In this document: positions 58,898-64,000 of the stretch, piece by piece
How the letters are laid out: each line of letters starts with the position of its first letter
How positions within the stretch are numbered: position 1 is the first letter of the stretch
Assembly (NCBI RefSeq): GCF_000143415.4
Contig: NW_003314270.1
Coordinates: 124,001-188,000, forward strand
Origin: Selaginella moellendorffii
Taxonomy: Eukaryota > Plantae > Lycopodiophyta
DNA length: 64,000 nt
Direction of reading: 5' to 3'
Program-made: the position numbers and the translations under genes
The notes under the pieces: generated by a model
What the model saw: only the letters and a program-made list of their open reading frames with translations
Database searches by the model: none
Told to the model about the DNA's origin: nothing

Positions 58898-60082
58898 ATG
58901 CTGTCTGTTGCGCGGAGCTTCTTCACGGGCAAGGATCGCTTCTTGGATGCGAAGAAAAAGGTGGTGTTTGTGGGGTCTTTGCCTTTTACTCGTCAGCGGG
59001 TACCTGGTGTGATGTGCTGCAGCACCAAGGAAGACTTCGAGACCATGCGGCAGAAGCTGCCTTCTATGGACCTGGGTGGTTTGGAGCGGCCTCTGGGAGA
59101 TCTCGCAGACGTGATCCACAACCTGGGTGCTTGGGCTGATGCAAGCGAGGCGCTGCAGTCCGAACTGAAGCTGAAGGCCAACTACAGCCGCTTCACCGGG
59201 GGCCCTCTTTTCTTCCTTGTCTATGACTGCATCAGGATGGTCGCTGAAAGCCTGACCACAATCTACCGCGACTCGTGTGAGAGCGAGCTCGATGCTCGCA
59301 CCAGATCCGTGCTTGCGAAGGCCCTGCGACAATACCGTAAGGGTCGTCGGCGTCGGATCGTCAGGCTGGAAAACCGGGACCCCACTGCCTGGGCCAACTT
59401 CCAGATGTTCGCGGCATGCTTGTGTCTTTCGCTGGAGAATCGTTTGGGCCTGGCTGAAGCGGAAGTGGAAATCCTAGCAAACGTCGTGGTTCCATTCCAC
59501 CGAGCGGTCGTCACCAGGTATGCCCAGGGGTTTGGCGAGGAGGCCCGGGGTGTGATCATGGAGGCGTTGGCTCCAGATAACGGGGCGGAACTAGGGCTAG
59601 CGTTACGAGAATGGGTGACGTACTGTAATGTTTGTGGTTATGGCTGGCACAAAGACACCCCTGGGCCACATCCAGCGGTTTGGAGCCGGTACACCACTGA
59701 TCCAACAAGGGAGTATGCACGCCTCCTAAATGCACAGGCTATGTTGTCCAAGCTGATCGAGAAGAAGAACCCCCATGCGGCAAAGCTACCAAGAACGAGC
59801 AAAGTGGCTGTGCTTCACTATGGCGAGTACGTGGAGCAACACAGGCCTGCTGGTGTCACTTCTCCTCCAGAGTTACCACCGCCGGTATGTTTTCTTAGTT
59901 TTGCCAGCATTCTCTTTAACGGCAGGACATGCAGATACGCTTGGATCCCTTTGTATATTTTTAGGTACGTGCTCCCTCTCTCCTTTTCAGTTTCGTCTCT
60001 TTCTAGGCCTTACAGGTTTTTAGCACCAAAACAAAGCCAAAGTCGAAAAACACTAAAATTCTTGAAGTCCGTGGAATTCTGA
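58898..60082 (+). CDS. Gene B copy 3 (ORF reads through the stop of copy 2; true end probably spliced)
   Basis: Essentially identical to 47680-48717. Confidence 0.7.
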   Translation: MLSVARSFFTGKDRFLDAKKKVVFVGSLPFTRQRVPGVMCCSTKEDFETMRQKLPSMDLGGLERPLGDLADVIHNLGAWADASEALQSELKLKANYSRFTGGPLFFLVYDCIRMVAESLTTIYRDSCESELDARTRSVLAKALRQYRKGRRRRIVRLENRDPTAWANFQMFAACLCLSLENRLGLAEAEVEILANVVVPFHRAVVTRYAQGFGEEARGVIMEALAPDNGAELGLALREWVTYCNVCGYGWHKDTPGPHPAVWSRYTTDPTREYARLLNAQAMLSKLIEKKNPHAAKLPRTSKVAVLHYGEYVEQHRPAGVTSPPELPPPVCFLSFASILFNGRTCRYAWIPLYIFRYVLPLSFSVSSLSRPYRFLAPKQSQSRKTLKFLKSVEF

Positions 60083-60177
60083 TAACACATTAATGCAATT
60101 TTTGTTTAGCAAAATAAACTTGTCCAAATTTAAACACTTGAAAAACAGTAACGTACAGGAGTTTAACCAATGCCTAA

Positions 60178-60251
60178 GGCCTATTAGCTCAGTTGGTCAG
60201 AGCGTGGTGCTAATAACGCCAAGGTCGCAGGTTCGAAACCTGCATAGGCCA
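60178..60251 (+). tRNA. tRNA-Ile(AAT), copy 2
   Basis: Same cloverleaf as 48989-49062 with one substitution. Confidence 0.93.
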
Positions 60252-60306
60252 TTTATTCTGAATGTGACTGTTCTTATATAATTTTGTTTAACAATCAATA
60301 TGAATA

Positions 60307-60378
60307 TGCTAGAGTCCTCTAGAATATATGGGAACACTCTAGAGTGTCCTAGAGGAGTCATCCCAGTGTATAAAAGAG
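60307..60378 (+). promoter_or_regulatory. HSE-like array and TATA box
   Basis: Same as 49117-49190. Confidence 0.7.
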
Positions 60379-60451
60379 GAGCAATCGCTCACATCCAGCA
60401 TTGATCAAGTCTATTTGTTTCTAGCATTCACCCAGCAAATCTCTTGCCCAC

Positions 60452-60862
60452 ATGGCTTTGTATTTCTACGGTTCAAACATATTGGATCCCTTTGAGGAGA
60501 TCTCGTCCATCTTTTCTTGTGACAACAGCAGCGCCGTCGCCAACACTCGCGTGGATTGGCTCGAGACACCCGAGGCACACATCTTCAAGGCCGATCTCCC
60601 GGGTGTGAGTAGAGAGGAAGTGAAGATCAGCGTGGAGGACGGCCGCACCCTCCAGATCAGTGGCGAGAGGAAGAAGCACGAGTCTGACAAGAGCGATAAG
60701 TGGCACCGCGTGGAGCGCAGCCATGGCAGCTTCTTGCGGAAATTCCGGCTGCCCGAGAGTGCGAATGTGGAGGCAATCAAAGCTACAGTAGAACACGGTG
60801 TCCTCACTGTCACAATTCCAAAGATCCCCAAGCCACAGCCAAGAACAATCCAAATAGAATAG
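60452..60862 (+). CDS. Small heat shock protein HSP20, copy 3
   Basis: Intact 136-aa ORF. Confidence 0.95.
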   Translation: MALYFYGSNILDPFEEISSIFSCDNSSAVANTRVDWLETPEAHIFKADLPGVSREEVKISVEDGRTLQISGERKKHESDKSDKWHRVERSHGSFLRKFRLPESANVEAIKATVEHGVLTVTIPKIPKPQPRTIQIE

Positions 60863-61268
60863 AGAGCGGTAAAATGATGGGAATAAAGTGAAAGCTCTCT
60901 TTCTTATTATTTTACGATTAATAATATTAAATGATGTTTTCTTTCAATCCTAATTTGAGTTTAAGAATTATTGGTTAACATGCGAATATCCTTACATTGG
61001 CAAGAATGGCCTAACTTACTGGTTTAAGTTGTTTTAGTGAGCTAACAAGGGCTACTTAAAGAGCAAAGATTTTTTCATAAAAGTCCTTGTTGATTGGACC
61101 CTTCGGCATCGAACCCGGGTCTTCTACACCGGTTTACCTCTACACTTACCGGATAGCCATCATCTCAGCAACCGGGTTCCGATAATAAAATATCATACCC
61201 TTACTACGATTATTTTTAACGGTCAGGATTTGCTCTTCGTCTCTAAACCTCAAGAACCCTAAAATCAG

Positions 61269-63236
61269 ATGATTCGGCAAATCAATGTCGCGCTGAGAGG
61301 AATGGCTCCAATCCAGCTGGACGGCGACGGCCGCGAGCGCGATCTCCTCTTGATCAACGCAATCATTGATGGATTTGCGAAACGGGGCAGGATGGACGAG
61401 GCACGCCGCATTTTCGATTCCATGGATCGGCGCACCGCGGCGTCGTGGAACTGCGTCATCGGCGGCTACGCGCGGTGCGGCCAGCCGGAGCTCGCGCTCC
61501 AGTTCTTTGCGCGGCTGCATGCCGAGGGGTTGGATCCAAACGGCCGGAGCTTCGTCGCGGCTCTCCAGGCGTGTTCTTCGCTGGCCGCTAGAGAAAAGGG
61601 GGTGACAGATTTACAGGGGAAGATCATCAAGCTCAGGAGCCTCAAGAGAGGCTTGGCTCTTCATTCCCAGCTCCAGAGTGGTGGATTCTCGGTGGACAGG
61701 TTCGTGGCCAGCGCCCTGGTGGATTTTTATGGAAAGTGTGGCACCGTGAGAGAAGCTCTAGAGATTTTCCAGGCTGCCAAGTTGGGAACAAAGGACGTGG
61801 TTTTGTGGAGTGCCATGATAAGCGCTTGCTCGCAAGGAGGGGAAGACGAGCTAGCCTTGAAGCTCTTTGAGCTTATGCTTTTGGAAGATGGAGTGGAGGC
61901 GAATGCTCGGACTCTGGTGACCGTGCTCGACGCTTGCACGAATCTGGGATGGCTGGACAGGGGCGGAGAGATTTACTCCAAGTTTGCAAGAACAGGGACA
62001 GGGACTTTGTCCAGCGTTTTCGTCTCCAACAGTCTGATGGATATGTATGCAAAGTGGGGGAGATTGCTGGATTGCCGGCGAGTTTTCGACGGGATGATAG
62101 AGCGGGATTCAGTCTCCTGGAATGTTATGATCATGGGGTATGCAAAAGGTGGCGAGGCCGAGCGAGCTCTCGAGTTATTCACGGCCATGCAAGCGTTAGA
62201 CGTGGTCATCAGCTCGAGAACTTTGGTGGCGGTTCTCCAGGCATGCTTGGATATGGCCGAGAAGGAAGAGGCTCGGCTTGTGGATGGAAGGCCCTTGAAA
62301 GTGGCGTCGCTGGAGAAGGCATTGGCTTTTCATTCCTGGTTTCTCGACGGGCTGGAAGATGTTTACGCTGCAAATAACTTGATCAGTCTCTACGCTTGGT
62401 GTGGAAGTTTGGATGATGCGGCTCGGGTCTTTGACAAGATGGTGATCAAAGACATCATGATCGAAGCATACACCGAGAGTGGCAACCATGAGCTTGCCCT
62501 GCAGGAGTTTTCGAAAATGGGACTCCGAGGACTGAAACCGGACTCGCAGACTTTTGCATCGGTACTTAAGGCCTGTGGGGGTCTTGGAGCACTGCAGGCT
62601 GGACAGAAAATCCATCGTCTGATCGAAGAAACTGGGGCAGAGATCTCTCCGGCAGTGGCAAACTCGCTGATAAGTTTCTACGGCAAGTGTGGTGACATGG
62701 TGGAATCTCGGCGAGTGTTCGATGGGTTTCCAGACAAGGACGCAGTGTCTTGGAGTGCACTGATCGCAGGATACAGCCGTCAAGGGGACAGTGACACGGT
62801 GTTTGATCTGTTCGAGAGAATGCAAGAGTTTTCCAAGCCGGACGCTGTGACATTCTCTTCAGTTCTATCGGTCTGCTGCCACTCTGGTTTGGTCGACAAG
62901 GGGATGGAATACTTTCAGGCGATGTGCTCGGATTATGGACTTAGTCCGAGTGTGGAGCACGTAATCTCCATGGTTGATCTACTTGGACGTGCTAATCGGC
63001 TGGAGGATGCGCTTGCGATGGTGCAAAGCCTGCCTGTGGAAGAGGTGTGCTCCAGGATATGGATGGCTTTGCTTGGGGCTTGTTTCAAGTGGAAAAATGC
63101 GGTGATTGGAGAGGTAGCCTTTGATGCGTTATCAAAGGTTGACGATCAAGGTGGTACAGCTTATGCTCTCATGGCAAACATATACTCAGGCTCAAATAAT
63201 GAAAACTATGACAACCTTGAAGTGATTGGTACGTAA
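61269..63236 (+). CDS. PLS-PPR copy 3 (open frame, two in-frame deletions)
   Basis: 655-aa ORF lacking 6 aa near the N-terminus (SGKNIG) and LVSWN relative to copy 1. Confidence 0.85.
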   Translation: MIRQINVALRGMAPIQLDGDGRERDLLLINAIIDGFAKRGRMDEARRIFDSMDRRTAASWNCVIGGYARCGQPELALQFFARLHAEGLDPNGRSFVAALQACSSLAAREKGVTDLQGKIIKLRSLKRGLALHSQLQSGGFSVDRFVASALVDFYGKCGTVREALEIFQAAKLGTKDVVLWSAMISACSQGGEDELALKLFELMLLEDGVEANARTLVTVLDACTNLGWLDRGGEIYSKFARTGTGTLSSVFVSNSLMDMYAKWGRLLDCRRVFDGMIERDSVSWNVMIMGYAKGGEAERALELFTAMQALDVVISSRTLVAVLQACLDMAEKEEARLVDGRPLKVASLEKALAFHSWFLDGLEDVYAANNLISLYAWCGSLDDAARVFDKMVIKDIMIEAYTESGNHELALQEFSKMGLRGLKPDSQTFASVLKACGGLGALQAGQKIHRLIEETGAEISPAVANSLISFYGKCGDMVESRRVFDGFPDKDAVSWSALIAGYSRQGDSDTVFDLFERMQEFSKPDAVTFSSVLSVCCHSGLVDKGMEYFQAMCSDYGLSPSVEHVISMVDLLGRANRLEDALAMVQSLPVEEVCSRIWMALLGACFKWKNAVIGEVAFDALSKVDDQGGTAYALMANIYSGSNNENYDNLEVIGT

Positions 63237-63303
63237 TGAAGTTTCTATGCCTTTGCAGTTATCTAACTCTTGTTGTTTTCTTTGCAGCTGGATCTTTGTG
63301 CTG

Positions 63304-64000
63304 TCACTTCAAGACATGAAGTGTGGACAGAGTTGGATCTGATGCTCCACTGATGGTAATTCCTGAAGCATGGGCTTGCTTCAAATAGCCAAGAGCCTCC
63401 TGCGAGACGAGCTCTCCACTCGAGGAAAGAGCACAGAAATACCAGGTGGATACGGGCACACGAGCTCAGCACTCGCTAGACCCACTGCTTCGTCAGCTTT
63501 GCAGCAGTAAGTTTCTGTAAAGAAAGCATCTCTTGGACTAACTAGTGCTTTCCATTTGATTTTCTTACAATCAGGCACTCAGGGTCTGGAATAAGGACCT
63601 ATTGTCGATCTGGAAGAACTCGAAAGCTCTTGAAAGCCTTTGATAAGTTTCTCAATGTCGCTGCTGCTAGTGCTGGCTCCTATAGCAAAAGTTATGGAGT
63701 TCAGAAGAGGAAGCTCGGCCACCACCTCGCATTTATCACACAGAAAGTCATCGGCAAGAGTTCCTGTGACTCCGAGCTCCCACAACCCAATGGTGATCCT
63801 AAGCTCATAAATAATGGTATCAGCTTTGGCTGCCAAGCTCACATTTTCTCTATCAAGGACTAAAACTTGTGGGATTTGTTTCAGGCGTCGTCGAAATGTG
63901 GAAGCCAGCTCCAGAGCTGTATCAAACAATGGATGGTCGTCGCTTGCTGCACAACTCATCTGGTCCCTTGCGGCATCGAGAGAGGCCAAGAGAAGGTAAC
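63304..64000 (-). pseudogene. Orn/Lys/Arg decarboxylase copy 3 (3' part, runs off the window)
   Basis: Premature TGA at 63579-63581 plus the same 5-bp insertion as copy 2. Confidence 0.88.

Overview
Eukaryotic plant DNA. Intronless PLS-PPR genes, ~40-70 nt introns and class-I small HSPs suggest a lycophyte such as Selaginella; this is inference. The window has two layers. (1) A gene module is repeatedly duplicated and rearranged: a PLP-dependent Orn/Lys/Arg decarboxylase, a PLS-E PPR gene, sHSP20 with HSE/TATA, tRNA-Ile(AAT), and two paralogous unknown genes (A and B). It occurs as a ~7.5 kb inverted duplication (~1.1-8.6 kb vs ~49.4-56.9 kb) and a tandem duplication (~46.8-53.6 kb vs ~58-64 kb), with several pseudogenised copies. 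(2) A central TE nest contains decayed short-LTR Gypsy elements, a solo LTR and a 1.1 kb TA/CA microsatellite. Inserted in one Gypsy RT is a ~13.7 kb DNA transposon with 24-bp termini, a probable 4-bp TSD and a Sola-like DDE transposase. On the opposite strand it carries ParB/Srx-like, methyltransferase-like and FCP1/HAD-like coding sequence. About 20 copies of a 22-bp palindrome (ATGGCRTGNGGCCNCAYGCCAT) lie in its mini-introns and spacers. This cargo-plus-palindrome transposon is the best candidate for an undescribed system, possibly a self-recognition or anti-silencing module. All calls were made by eye, without database searches.
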